Position numbers and translations under genes: made by a program. This document shows, piece after piece, positions 18,264 to 28,809 of a stretch of 64,000 bases of DNA (positions are counted from its first letter, which is position 1; each line of letters opens with the position of its first letter). The DNA is taken from positions 1 through 64,000 of IMG/VR virus record IMGVR_UViG_3300030085_002231. One strand, 5' to 3'. This DNA comes from a virus. Below the pieces are notes generated by a model. The model worked only from the letters and a program-made list of their open reading frames with translations. It did not search any database and was not told the DNA's origin.

Positions 18264-19345
18264 TGGCACCAAGAAATCATAAAAACTGGTTAAAAAAACC
18301 AAAGGTAGAATACATTAGTAGTGACATTTATTCGTCTTTTGAAATATACGAACAAGAACAAGAAATGATCTTTTCAAAAGTGTGGATACCAATGTGTCAC
18401 AAGTCTGAAATGTCTGAGCCTGGTAGTTTTAGAACAGCAAAGATTGCAGGACAAAACGTTATTGCAATTAATAACGGAGACACAATTAAGTCTTATATCA
18501 ATCCTGGCAAGTTTACTACACCAGCCGGCACAATGACTAAAGTACAATTCTATATGGATGACTATGAGCCACTACACACAGAAGTAAAACACGGTGGTAT
18601 GGTTTGGACAACTCTTAATAAAAATCCAGACATGGACGTAGAACAGTGGACAGCCGGTGCGTTTGATTGTATTGCCGATGCCATTGATACAGAAGAGATG
18701 GAAGTCTTTCACTATCACAAAGCAGTGATAGACACAAACTATAAGTTGTGGCATGATACAAACAGTGAATTCTATCACGACTTCATGCATTACTTTAACA
18801 GAGTGTCAGGATTCAACGATGAGTATTTCGCTAGAAAAAATATTCCTTTTGATAATGGTCATGTTAACGTCAGCAGCTTTACTGTTAACTATGAAGAGTA
18901 TGACGGATTTGAAGATCGCGGGGAACTATCTTTTCCCAATCTGCCGCCCAACCAGTGGTACATGGTCGACCTCTTCCCAGGCTTTAACTTCAACCTTCGT
19001 GGTAGCGCCTATCGTTCAGATGCAGTGACACCGCTAGGTCCAAACAAAGTATTGATTGAGTTCCGTGGATACGGACTCAAAAAAGATACACCACAAGAAA
19101 GACAAACAAGAATCAAACATCATAACTCTATCTGGGGACCTTTTGGTCGTAATCTACACGAAGATTTAATAGGTGTTGCTGGTCAGGGTACTACTATGAG
19201 AGAAGGTACTGAAAGTCGTAACATTCTACATGGTCGTCATGAGAATAGCACGATTCATGATGAAGTAGGTATGAGACATTATTATGCAGAATGGGGTAGG
19301 TTCTTAGAAAGAGATCCAGCGAGGTCATACAAAGAAGTAGCATAA
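18263..19345 (+). CDS. ring-hydroxylating (Rieske) oxygenase alpha-subunit homologue lacking the Rieske cluster motifs
   Basis: IYSS.EIYEQE...IFSKVW, NYKLWHDTNSEFYH..MH, LFPGF, EDL; no CxH or CxxH. Confidence 0.75.
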   Translation: MAPRNHKNWLKKPKVEYISSDIYSSFEIYEQEQEMIFSKVWIPMCHKSEMSEPGSFRTAKIAGQNVIAINNGDTIKSYINPGKFTTPAGTMTKVQFYMDDYEPLHTEVKHGGMVWTTLNKNPDMDVEQWTAGAFDCIADAIDTEEMEVFHYHKAVIDTNYKLWHDTNSEFYHDFMHYFNRVSGFNDEYFARKNIPFDNGHVNVSSFTVNYEEYDGFEDRGELSFPNLPPNQWYMVDLFPGFNFNLRGSAYRSDAVTPLGPNKVLIEFRGYGLKKDTPQERQTRIKHHNSIWGPFGRNLHEDLIGVAGQGTTMREGTESRNILHGRHENSTIHDEVGMRHYYAEWGRFLERDPARSYKEVA

Positions 19346-20652
19346 TGGGTAGAACTGCAGACATAGCAAAAATGCTGGGTAAGACAGCTCTATCTAATCC
19401 AAATAAAATAAAGATATTAGATAGTTCAGACATACCTGTAACTACGCCTGGAGCAAGCGTCGAATATTTTAATACGCTAGATTCATTACCATCGAGTAAT
19501 TTGACATCTGGCGATCAAGCATTTGTACAAGCTAATCAAAGGTTTTATGTATCGAATGGAAACGGCTGGTACAACGTAGCCGTAGTAAACACTGCCCCTA
19601 CATTAAGCATCAGCCCTTCTGGTACTATAGTTCTGAGTACAGAAGAATCTGCTACTACTATAACTCTAACAGGTCAAGACTCAGATAACGCAAACTTAAC
19701 ATTCAGTGTAGAATCTGATGGTAACTTCTTGGGTATAGGTACTATTGTACAAGACTCTAGTGTATTTACAATTACGCCTTTTAGTTCAGATTCTGCGACT
19801 CAAACTACTTCTACCTTGACTTTTAAAGTTACAGATGGTGTAAACGTAGCATCAGGAACTTCTGCTTTATCATTGACTTTCGGTGCAACATACTCAAATA
19901 AACTTAATAGTACAGATTATGCATTAGGTACTACAGGTGGAACTTTTGAAACTAGTATTAAGAAACAAGGAACTCATTCATTTTCCGTAAATGGTAGTGG
20001 TAATACTGTAAGAAATCCTGGTGCGAACAGTGGATCAGCAGTAACATACAATGACTGGACTATTGCAATGTGGTTCTATCTTAAATCTTCTGCGCCTTAT
20101 GGCGGAACAGGACATTTTCATTTATTTACTACAAATGATAAACTAGGTGGTGCTTATTCATTTGGCACTAAAGGTAATAATTTAACACTAAGTGGAAATT
20201 ATTGGTTTGCGACTGATAATTATAATGGAAGTAATTACGGCGGCATGCATGCCAACTTAGGAACAGGTGTATTTGTTCTAGATGCTTGGTATCACCTTGT
20301 ATTTTCAGGAAGTACAACAGGACCTGCTATAGGAGTTTGGATAACAAAAGAAGGACAGTCATTTGGAAATGTACTTAACAGAGAAACATTCGGTGGCTCT
20401 ATCACGGGCTCTCGAGTATCAGCTTTAAAAATTGGTGGTAGTGATGGCTTATATCTACATGGCTCTGCAGGTAACGCAGCTGACGGCGGTTGGGTTTACT
20501 ACGATGATTTTAGAATATATGATGCAAAAGCATCATCAACTCATGCTGAAGCTATATTCGATACTGCTGGTGACGTAACAGACGCTTCAAATCCACTACA
20601 ATCAAACTTAAAATTAGCATATACTTTTGACAATACAGCTAATAGCATTTAA
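19345..20652 (+). CDS. modular virion fibre paralogue 2 (shared N-module + LamG/concanavalin-like domain)
   Basis: Shared N-terminus; WTIAMWF, WYHLVF, YDDFRIY. Confidence 0.75.
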   Translation: MGRTADIAKMLGKTALSNPNKIKILDSSDIPVTTPGASVEYFNTLDSLPSSNLTSGDQAFVQANQRFYVSNGNGWYNVAVVNTAPTLSISPSGTIVLSTEESATTITLTGQDSDNANLTFSVESDGNFLGIGTIVQDSSVFTITPFSSDSATQTTSTLTFKVTDGVNVASGTSALSLTFGATYSNKLNSTDYALGTTGGTFETSIKKQGTHSFSVNGSGNTVRNPGANSGSAVTYNDWTIAMWFYLKSSAPYGGTGHFHLFTTNDKLGGAYSFGTKGNNLTLSGNYWFATDNYNGSNYGGMHANLGTGVFVLDAWYHLVFSGSTTGPAIGVWITKEGQSFGNVLNRETFGGSITGSRVSALKIGGSDGLYLHGSAGNAADGGWVYYDDFRIYDAKASSTHAEAIFDTAGDVTDASNPLQSNLKLAYTFDNTANSI

Positions 20653-20654
20653 GT

Positions 20655-20662
20655 TATAGATA
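20655..20662 (+). promoter_or_regulatory. late promoter variant TATAGATA
   Basis: One mismatch; intergenic region is near-identical to that at 22445-22475. Confidence 0.5.
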
Positions 20663-20678
20663 GTGTAAAGGTAATTTT

Positions 20679-22445
20679 ATGAGTAAGATTAGAGATCTAG
20701 CTACAATACTTAGTAAGACAGCTCTAAGTAACACTAATAAAACTAAATTATTAGATAGCTCTGACTTACCGGTAACTACGCCTGGAACAAGTGTTGAATA
20801 TTTTAATACATTGGATTCATTACCAACGACTAATTTATCTGCTGGTAATCAAGCATTTGTGCAAGCGAGTCAAAGATTTTACATATCAAATGGAAACGGT
20901 TGGTACAACGTAGCATTAGTAAATACGAATCCTAGTCTGACAATAAGTCCATCAGGTGCTATAGCTCTAAATACAGATGGTTCCACTACTACTATAACTT
21001 TAGTTGCAGTTGATTCAGACAATGATAATTTAACTTTTAGTGTAGAATCTGACGGTAGCTTTTTGGGTCTTGGAACTATAGTGCAAGATTCAAGCGTATT
21101 TACTATTACACCTTTTAGTGAAGATTCAGCAACTCAGACCAGTTCTACTCTTACATTTAAAGTAACTGACGGTATAGCAATAGCATCAGGTACAAGTGCA
21201 TTATCATTATCATTTGTTATAGACTGGTCAACTGCTAGTCTTACAGAGACTAATTTACAGGCTTCTGATATTGCAGATGGTGATAATTTTGGTAGGTACA
21301 GTAGTAATTTAAGCGGCGATGGTTTATATCTTATAGCCGGGTCTATGTACGCTGCTTCTGGTGCTGGTAAAGCATATATCTTTTTTTACAATGGTTCAAG
21401 TTGGTCTCAACAACTTAATGTTACAGGTCCAGATGGCGCAAGCGGTACTCCTTATTTCGGTGGTACTGTAGCTATAGACGGTGATGGTGATGTTGCAGTA
21501 ATTGGACAACATAGATATGATTCGTATACAGGGGCTGCTTGGGTATATACCAGATCAGGTACAACATGGACACAAAGAGTAAGACTGGAAGCGTCTGATG
21601 GTGAGCAATATGATATGTTCAGTGGTAGGGATCTAAATTATTCTCAAGGTATTGGAGTTAGTAAAGATGGGACGTATATTATAATTGGAGCTCGGCAAGA
21701 AGATACGGGTGCTAGCAATGCAGGTTCAGCTTACATTTACACAGGATCAGCAGCAAGTTGGACTGAACAAGCAATAATAAGATCACCTGCTGCGACAGCC
21801 AGTGATGATTTTGGTACTTCAGTGCATATTAACTCTGATGGGACATATGCCATTATAGGTGCTAAGGGGGCTGGAGCAGGAACAAACCGTGGTGCTGCTT
21901 ATATTTACACTAGATCCGGATCAACATGGTCATTGCAAGCTACATTAACTGCTTCTGATGGAGCTGATCATGATAACTTTGGTTCATATGTTAAGATTAG
22001 CGGTGATGGTTCATATGCTGTATGTAATGCAAGATATGATGATGACAACTACGATTCAAGTGGATCAGTTTATGTTTTTGTAAGATCCGGCTCATCATGG
22101 TCACAACAACAAAAAATTAATTTAGGTGCAGGTGGTGCAATATACAATTATTTTGGTAGCACTCTTGATATGAATGAAGCGGGTGATTTAATTGTAGTTG
22201 GTTCAGGTGGTCTTGATACTAACCAAATAGGTAAAGCAAGAATCTATAAGAGAACTGGCACTACATGGGCTTTAGTGAAAACAATAGGGGCTTCCGATGA
22301 TGCTGACACTACTGGTGCAAGTGCAATCACAGGATTTGCTAGTAAAGTAGGTATGAGTGGAAATGGAAACGTCGTGGCAGTATCAGCTTACCCGGATACC
22401 AATACTACAACTCGAGGATCAGTATACGTTTATAATGAATCATAA
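20679..22445 (+). CDS. modular virion fibre paralogue 3 (shared N-module + FG-GAP beta-propeller)
   Basis: Repeated ASD...D.FG....S.DG.Y.IIGA...GAAYIYTRSG.TW. Confidence 0.8.
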   Translation: MSKIRDLATILSKTALSNTNKTKLLDSSDLPVTTPGTSVEYFNTLDSLPTTNLSAGNQAFVQASQRFYISNGNGWYNVALVNTNPSLTISPSGAIALNTDGSTTTITLVAVDSDNDNLTFSVESDGSFLGLGTIVQDSSVFTITPFSEDSATQTSSTLTFKVTDGIAIASGTSALSLSFVIDWSTASLTETNLQASDIADGDNFGRYSSNLSGDGLYLIAGSMYAASGAGKAYIFFYNGSSWSQQLNVTGPDGASGTPYFGGTVAIDGDGDVAVIGQHRYDSYTGAAWVYTRSGTTWTQRVRLEASDGEQYDMFSGRDLNYSQGIGVSKDGTYIIIGARQEDTGASNAGSAYIYTGSAASWTEQAIIRSPAATASDDFGTSVHINSDGTYAIIGAKGAGAGTNRGAAYIYTRSGSTWSLQATLTASDGADHDNFGSYVKISGDGSYAVCNARYDDDNYDSSGSVYVFVRSGSSWSQQQKINLGAGGAIYNYFGSTLDMNEAGDLIVVGSGGLDTNQIGKARIYKRTGTTWALVKTIGASDDADTTGASAITGFASKVGMSGNGNVVAVSAYPDTNTTTRGSVYVYNES

Positions 22446-22448
22446 AGT

Positions 22449-22456
22449 TATAAATA
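22449..22456 (+). promoter_or_regulatory. T4-type late promoter TATAAATA
   Basis: Exact consensus, intergenic. Confidence 0.75.
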
Positions 22457-22472
22457 CTGTAAAGGAAATTTT

Positions 22473-25013
22473 ATGGGTAAGATTAGAGATCTAGCTAAAA
22501 TACTTGGTAAGACACAGGCTAATAATCCTGACTTGTCAGCGTTATTGGATAGCGATGCCTTGCCTGTTACTGCAGCCGTTAGTGGAATCTTAGCTTTAAG
22601 TTCTTTAGATTCATTGCCAGGCGCAAGTCTATCTGCTGGTGATACTGCGTATGTTTCTGCCAACAATAGGTTTTACGTTTCAAACGGTAGTGGTTGGTAT
22701 AATGTAGCATTAGTTAATGTAACACCAAGTTTGACAATTTCGCCTGATGGTGCAATTGCACTAAACACGGACGGCACACCTACTACTATTACTTTAACTG
22801 GCCAAGACTCAGACAATGCTAATTTAACGTTTAGTGTAGAGTCAGATGGAAGTTTCTTAGGCTTAGGTACTATTGCACAAGATTCATCAGTATTTACAAT
22901 AACTCCGTTTAGTTCAGATTCTGCTACGCAGTCATCATCAACATTAACATTTAAAGTTACAGATGGTGTTGGAATAGGATCAGGCACAACAGCACTATCA
23001 TTAACTTTCTCAGTAAGCAATTCAAATCAAACAACAGTGTTATTAAAAGCTGATGATGCTGCTACTGATGAACAAGTAGATAGATCTTCAAATACATACT
23101 CAATCACTGAAAATGACAATGGTGGTAGTTCATCTGGGTCAGGCCACGTAGCTTCAAGTGCATTTACACCTTATCATCCTGGTGGTTATAGTACTTTTTT
23201 TGATGGCACTGGTGATTATCTATCAGCACCAGATTCTACAGATTTTGATTTAGGTAGCGGTGATTTTACAGTAGAATTTTGGGTTTATCAAAAAGGAGTA
23301 AATGCTGATGGTACAGGTAGTGTAGTTGGCCAATGGGCTGCATCTGATAGAGGTTGGGTTGTATATGTAAGTTCGAGCTTTATTTTGTTTTCATATTCTA
23401 CTAACGGATCTAACTATGTCAATGTTTCAGATGGTGCTGGAATTTCTTACAACGAATGGACTCATGTTGCTGTAGTAAGAAATGGCAATACAATGCAGAT
23501 GTATAAAAACGGAACTCAAACTTATAATGATGCATTTAATGTCACAATTAACAATAGCGGCAGAATACTAGAAATTGGAGCTAACAGTGGCGGTACCTAT
23601 GGTGATTTTAACGGGTATATTCGTGATCTTAGAATTGTAAAAGGTACGGCTGTTTATACTTCAGCATTTACAGCACCTACTAAAGCTCTAACTGCAATCA
23701 CTAATACAAAACTTCTTGCTTGCCATGCACCTTATATCGGCGATGGCTCGTCTACTGGACACACTATTACAGCAAATGGTAACCCAGAACAAGTAAGATT
23801 TGGTCCATATGATTATTTAGCTTATGATAAATCTACTCACGGAGGTTCTGTGTATTTTGATGGTGATGCTGATTATTTTACAGTCGGCAGCGCATCTGAT
23901 GGTGCATTAACAGGTACATTTACAATTGAATGCTGGTTTATGCTGAAAGAAGCATATGATGCTAAAGTTCATACCCTCATAAGTAACTATGATGGTTCGG
24001 CCAATGGCTGGGGTCTTCAGCTAAGAAATAGTGGAGAATTATGGCTATTTGCTGCCGTTGGTCAACCGCTATCATACAATCTTTCTCCCCTACAAAACGT
24101 TTGGTATCATGTAGCAGTTTCAAACGATGCAGATAACAATACAGGAAAGCTTTTTGTCAATGGTGTACAAGTCGATACTCATAGCGATGCCAACATATAT
24201 GATACTGCAGATATGCAGGCAAATTCTCAGCCAATGACTATAGGTAGGATAGGTAATAACTCGACTCAAGATATGTATGGTTATATAGCTGATTTAAGAA
24301 TTTTATCAGGTACACACTTACGCACTGCTGCGTTTACTCCACCAACAAGTCCACTTACTGCAATAAGCAATACTAAAGTTCTTACTTGCAATAATACGAA
24401 TGATGTTTGGGATCAAGCGAGCGGGCACATTGTACACAAAGGCGCTACAGGAACTGGTGTTGGATTACCTGCAAGTAATGTGCAAAGAAAATGGACAGGT
24501 ACAGGCGTTTCATCTTGGCGTTCAGATATTTTAGCTCATACTATGATGAAACCTCTTGGGCCCGGCGACTTTACTATTGAAGGTTGGGTATATTTTGACA
24601 ATAATAATAATCCACACGGAATATTCCACACCGGTTCAGGGTTCCTAGGTGGAGGTGCAACTTTTAATTATGCTAATATTAACGGGGTTGGTTTTGGTTT
24701 AAATGGTTCCACAGGTTATTATAGATTGTATCATGCTGGAGGTGCTACAAATTCTACTGAGCAAGCGGTTGGAGCAACTTGGACTCATTTTGCGGTAGTT
24801 AGAAATAGTGGAACTATAAAAGTATATATTAATGGAACCGCAACAAGCATAAGTGTATCAAACACTACTGACTTTACTGAACCTGATGTTGTACTTGGCG
24901 CATTTTATGATACCTCGCAATCATTAGCAGGTTATTTACAAGATTTTAGAATTTCATTATATGCTAGATATACATCTAACTTTACAGCACCTACTGCAGC
25001 ATTTGATGGTTAA
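22473..25013 (+). CDS. modular virion fibre paralogue 4 (shared N-module + three LamG domains)
   Basis: FDGTGDYL, GDFTVEFW, WTHVAVVRNG, GYIRDLRI; ARYTSNFTAPT. Confidence 0.8.
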   Translation: MGKIRDLAKILGKTQANNPDLSALLDSDALPVTAAVSGILALSSLDSLPGASLSAGDTAYVSANNRFYVSNGSGWYNVALVNVTPSLTISPDGAIALNTDGTPTTITLTGQDSDNANLTFSVESDGSFLGLGTIAQDSSVFTITPFSSDSATQSSSTLTFKVTDGVGIGSGTTALSLTFSVSNSNQTTVLLKADDAATDEQVDRSSNTYSITENDNGGSSSGSGHVASSAFTPYHPGGYSTFFDGTGDYLSAPDSTDFDLGSGDFTVEFWVYQKGVNADGTGSVVGQWAASDRGWVVYVSSSFILFSYSTNGSNYVNVSDGAGISYNEWTHVAVVRNGNTMQMYKNGTQTYNDAFNVTINNSGRILEIGANSGGTYGDFNGYIRDLRIVKGTAVYTSAFTAPTKALTAITNTKLLACHAPYIGDGSSTGHTITANGNPEQVRFGPYDYLAYDKSTHGGSVYFDGDADYFTVGSASDGALTGTFTIECWFMLKEAYDAKVHTLISNYDGSANGWGLQLRNSGELWLFAAVGQPLSYNLSPLQNVWYHVAVSNDADNNTGKLFVNGVQVDTHSDANIYDTADMQANSQPMTIGRIGNNSTQDMYGYIADLRILSGTHLRTAAFTPPTSPLTAISNTKVLTCNNTNDVWDQASGHIVHKGATGTGVGLPASNVQRKWTGTGVSSWRSDILAHTMMKPLGPGDFTIEGWVYFDNNNNPHGIFHTGSGFLGGGATFNYANINGVGFGLNGSTGYYRLYHAGGATNSTEQAVGATWTHFAVVRNSGTIKVYINGTATSISVSNTTDFTEPDVVLGAFYDTSQSLAGYLQDFRISLYARYTSNFTAPTAAFDG

Positions 25014-25015
25014 TT

Positions 25016-25372
25016 ATGAGTGAAGAAAAAAATATAAAAACAGATTATGATTATTCAAGACAAACTTACTATGATCTCATAGAAAAAGGTAGGGAAGGCC
25101 TAGAAGATATGATAGAGGTTGCGCGTTCCTCTGAACACCCGCGAGCATACGAAGTCTTATCAGGTATGATTAAAAATATATCTGATGTGAATGATAAATT
25201 GATGGATCTCAATAAGAAGCAAAAAGATATAAACAAAGAAGAAGTAAAACAAGTAGGCAACACTACTAACAACGTGTTTCTTGGATCAACTGCAGACTTA
25301 CAGAAACTGCTGCAACAGGATGAAAATATAATAGATGTTACACCAGACAGAGAGCTATCTCGGAAATCCTAA
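25016..25372 (+). CDS. gp16: terminase small subunit gp16
   Basis: DYDYSR..YYDLIEKG, SEHPRAYEV, NNVFLGSTADLQKLL. Confidence 0.92.
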   Translation: MSEEKNIKTDYDYSRQTYYDLIEKGREGLEDMIEVARSSEHPRAYEVLSGMIKNISDVNDKLMDLNKKQKDINKEEVKQVGNTTNNVFLGSTADLQKLLQQDENIIDVTPDRELSRKS

Positions 25373-26969
25373 TGTAAAGCGTGATGGTGTAGTACAACCT
25401 TGGACTGATGAATTAGTTCGAGAGTATGCAAAGTGTATGAAGTCACCATCATACTTTGCACGAAAGTATTGTAAGATTATTTCTTTGGATCAGGGCTTAG
25501 TGCCCTTTGACTTGTATCCTTATCAAGAAAAAATGTTCGAGGCTTTCAGTGAACATAGGTTTAATATTGTATTGGCTTGCAGACAGTCAGGCAAATCAAT
25601 ATCAGCTTGCGCATACTTACTATGGTTCGCTCTCTTCAACTCAGAAAAAACAGTTGCGATTCTTGCGAATAAAGGGGCGACGGCTCGGGAGATGTTATCT
25701 CGCATTACGCTTATGCTCGAGAACATTCCGTTCTTTTTACAACCTGGTACTAAGGCGCTTAACAAAGGGTCTTTGGAATTTTCTAATAACAGTAGGGTCC
25801 TCGCCGCGGCGACTTCTGGTAGCAGTATCCGTGGCTTATCTGTTAGCTTGCTTTACTTGGATGAGTTTGCATTCGTCGAAAGAGCTGCAGAGTTTTATAC
25901 GTCAACATATCCGGTTATTTCATCTGGAACGGACACAAAAATAATAGTCACATCTACTGCAAACGGTATAGGAAACACCTTTCATAAGATATGGGAAGGT
26001 GCAGTGCAAGGCGTTAATCAGTTCAAGTCTTTTCGTGTAGACTGGTGGGATGTGCCTGGCCGTGATGAAGAATGGAAAAACGAGACAATAGCAAACACGA
26101 GTCAATTGCAATTCGATCAGGAGTTTGGTAATACATTTTTTGGAACCGGTGATACGTTGATTAATGCAGAAACGTTATTATCTTTTAGAGCTAAGAACCC
26201 TATAAGAACTCTGGAAGGTGGAGACTTTAAAGTATATAAAGAGCCTATTAAAAATCATGAGTATATCATGACAGTCGATGTGAGCAAGGGAAGAGGACAG
26301 GACTACTCTACATTTAATTTAATCGATATTAGCACTAGGCCTTTTGAGCAGGTGGCTGTATATCGCAACAACACTATCTCTCCAATACTCTTCCCTAATA
26401 TTATATATAAGTACGCGAAAATCTACAATGAATCTTATACAGTAATTGAGTCAAATGATCAGGGTTCCGTAGTATGTAATGGTCTATATCATGATTTAGA
26501 ATATGAAAACGTACATGTTGAATCTGCAATCAAGTCTGATAAGATCGGTATAGAAATTACTCGTAAAACTAAGAGGCTTGGTTGTTCAGCTATTAAAGAT
26601 ATACTTGAATCTAAAAAATTAAATATAGTCGATGAACAAACAGTACTCGAATGTTCCACATTTGAAGCCAAAGGGCAGTCATATGAGGCTTCAGTTGGTA
26701 ACCACGATGACTTAATGATGAATTTAGTACTATTTGGGTACTTTGTTTCTACTCAATATTTTGCTGACCTTACTGATATTAACCTAAAACAGTTACTATT
26801 TGACCAGCGGATGAAAGAAATAGAAGACAACGTAGTACCATTTGGATTTATTGACGATGGGCAAGCGCATATGGAAGTCTTAGAAGGTAGAGAAAAAGAC
26901 CATTGGCAAGTTAAAGAGTTTGATCCAGAACTTGGTGGCCCTGAAGGCATATTTGACAGGGATCTGTAA
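25335..26969 (+). CDS. gp17: terminase large subunit gp17
   Basis: YLGNPNVK, RQSGKS, LDEFAFV, TSTANG, HDDLMM. Confidence 0.95.
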   Translation: MLHQTESYLGNPNVKRDGVVQPWTDELVREYAKCMKSPSYFARKYCKIISLDQGLVPFDLYPYQEKMFEAFSEHRFNIVLACRQSGKSISACAYLLWFALFNSEKTVAILANKGATAREMLSRITLMLENIPFFLQPGTKALNKGSLEFSNNSRVLAAATSGSSIRGLSVSLLYLDEFAFVERAAEFYTSTYPVISSGTDTKIIVTSTANGIGNTFHKIWEGAVQGVNQFKSFRVDWWDVPGRDEEWKNETIANTSQLQFDQEFGNTFFGTGDTLINAETLLSFRAKNPIRTLEGGDFKVYKEPIKNHEYIMTVDVSKGRGQDYSTFNLIDISTRPFEQVAVYRNNTISPILFPNIIYKYAKIYNESYTVIESNDQGSVVCNGLYHDLEYENVHVESAIKSDKIGIEITRKTKRLGCSAIKDILESKKLNIVDEQTVLECSTFEAKGQSYEASVGNHDDLMMNLVLFGYFVSTQYFADLTDINLKQLLFDQRMKEIEDNVVPFGFIDDGQAHMEVLEGREKDHWQVKEFDPELGGPEGIFDRDL

Positions 26970-26972
26970 TAT

Positions 26973-26980
26973 TATAAATA
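26973..26980 (+). promoter_or_regulatory. T4-type late promoter TATAAATA
   Basis: Exact consensus upstream of gp18. Confidence 0.75.
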
Positions 26981-27036
26981 ATAGCATAATTGAAAACAAC
27001 CGTATTATGTTCACATATAATTAAAAGGAAGAAGCA

Positions 27037-28797
27037 ATGGCACTCTTTACACCGTCTGAAAGTCCTGCGGTTGTTGTAAAAGAGATCGATCTGACCGGTG
27101 GTGTACCCAACGTTCAATCGACAACTGGAGCAATAGTAGGAAACTTTCGCTGGGGGCCAGCAGAGCAGAGAGTTCTCGTAGATAACGAGGCCACTCTGGT
27201 AGATACTTTTGCTACGCCAGACTCAGCAAACACGGTTGACTTCCACTCAGCACAGTACTTCTTGCGGTATTCGAGTTCACTGCAAGTTGTGAGGGAAGTA
27301 ACCTCAGCTGCTTTCAATTCAAGGGCCACACTAGGACAAAAGCGTGCAGATAGTGATGAAACACTAAATGCAGAGCTTGTCAAAAATTTGCCTGACTTTG
27401 AAGCACAAAAATCAGCACTCGATTCGGATTCACACACCTTTATCGGTAAGTATCCAGGCTCACTAGGTAACTCACTACAGGTACAAATTTGCCCATCAGA
27501 CTCGGCAAGTTCAATCTTTTCAAGTTGGACATACGTTAATAACTTTGATAAGGCACCAGGTACATCAACTTTTGCATCTAATAACGGCGCAAGAGGAGAT
27601 GAGGTGCACATAGTAGTTGTTGATAAAGATGGCAAGTTCACAGGTACTCGAGGTGAGGTACTCGAAACATTCCCATTCTTATCAGTAGGTAGGAATGCTA
27701 AGAATCCTGATGGCACAAACAACTATGCACCGGACGTGGTTAATGAACGTTCTGAATACGTTTGGATGGTTGAGTTTGACTCTGACCATTTAGGAGCAGG
27801 TGCAAGTACAGACATCGATAATGGTGACGACTTCACCATGACCAATCGTGCAATCAAAACATTTAACTTTAACGGTGGCGTAAATTCAGGCGCTCTAGGA
27901 ACTGCAGAGTTCTTAACAGGCTTTGATCTTTTCGAAGATAAAGACCAAGTTGAAGTTGACTTCTTGATCGCACCTGGCATGACCAGTACAGCCGATCAAA
28001 CAACAATTGTTAACGATCTCGTCGCTACTGCACAGCAGACAAGAAAAGACTGTGTCGTAGTTGCATCACCAGCACGTGATGATATTGTTAACTTGACAAA
28101 TGCAGCAACTATCAATACAAACGTGATTGCTACTGCCAATACATTTACGAATTCATCGTATCTGATTATGGACGGTAACTATCTCAAGACGTATGATAAA
28201 TACAATGACCAGTTCATTAGTATTCCTGCTGCATCATCTACTGCAGGTATCTGCGCAGCTACTGACTTGAATAGAGCCGCTTGGTTCTCACCGGCCGGTT
28301 CACGTAGAGGACAATACCTAGGTATCACCTCTCTGGCATACAGCCCGAACAAGTCACAGCGAGATGCACTGTATAGAGCAGACGTCAACCCGATCGCAAA
28401 TATTCCTGGCCAAGGTACAATACTCTTCGGCGATAAGACAATGCTTGGAAGACCTTCAGCATTCGATCGAATCAACGTGCGTAGATTGTTCCTTATTCTT
28501 GAAAGAGCGATTGGTAGAGCAGCACAGCAAGTAATGTTCGAGTTTAACGATGAGTTTACTCGTGCAGAATTTGTCAATATCATCGAACCGGTACTTCGCG
28601 AAGTCAAAGGTCGTCGTGGTATTACAGACTTTAGAGTAGTCTGTGATGAGACAAATAATACCGCTGCTGTTGTAGATCGAAATGAATTCATCGCAAACAT
28701 CTTCATCAAACCGGCACGTTCAATCAACTACGTAACGCTTAACTTCGTAGCTGTCAGAACAGGTGTTGACTTTGAAGAAGTTGTTGGCACGGTATAA
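27037..28797 (+). CDS. gp18: tail sheath protein gp18
   Basis: SPAVVVKEIDLT, WFSPAG, FDRINVRRLF, FEFNDEFTR, IKPARSINYVTLNF. Confidence 0.95.
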   Translation: MALFTPSESPAVVVKEIDLTGGVPNVQSTTGAIVGNFRWGPAEQRVLVDNEATLVDTFATPDSANTVDFHSAQYFLRYSSSLQVVREVTSAAFNSRATLGQKRADSDETLNAELVKNLPDFEAQKSALDSDSHTFIGKYPGSLGNSLQVQICPSDSASSIFSSWTYVNNFDKAPGTSTFASNNGARGDEVHIVVVDKDGKFTGTRGEVLETFPFLSVGRNAKNPDGTNNYAPDVVNERSEYVWMVEFDSDHLGAGASTDIDNGDDFTMTNRAIKTFNFNGGVNSGALGTAEFLTGFDLFEDKDQVEVDFLIAPGMTSTADQTTIVNDLVATAQQTRKDCVVVASPARDDIVNLTNAATINTNVIATANTFTNSSYLIMDGNYLKTYDKYNDQFISIPAASSTAGICAATDLNRAAWFSPAGSRRGQYLGITSLAYSPNKSQRDALYRADVNPIANIPGQGTILFGDKTMLGRPSAFDRINVRRLFLILERAIGRAAQQVMFEFNDEFTRAEFVNIIEPVLREVKGRRGITDFRVVCDETNNTAAVVDRNEFIANIFIKPARSINYVTLNFVAVRTGVDFEEVVGTV

Positions 28798-28809
28798 GGA
28801 GGTAGGTAA

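Noticed and set aside
13284-25013. Shared fibre modules as a DGR or shufflon
   Set aside because: No reverse transcriptase or recombinase in the window, no inverted repeats, and differences are synonymous-type rather than adenine-specific.
27114-28727. Long minus-strand ORFs opposite gp18 and similar shadows opposite other core genes
   Set aside because: Antisense shadows of strongly biased coding sequence with no RBS, promoter or motifs.
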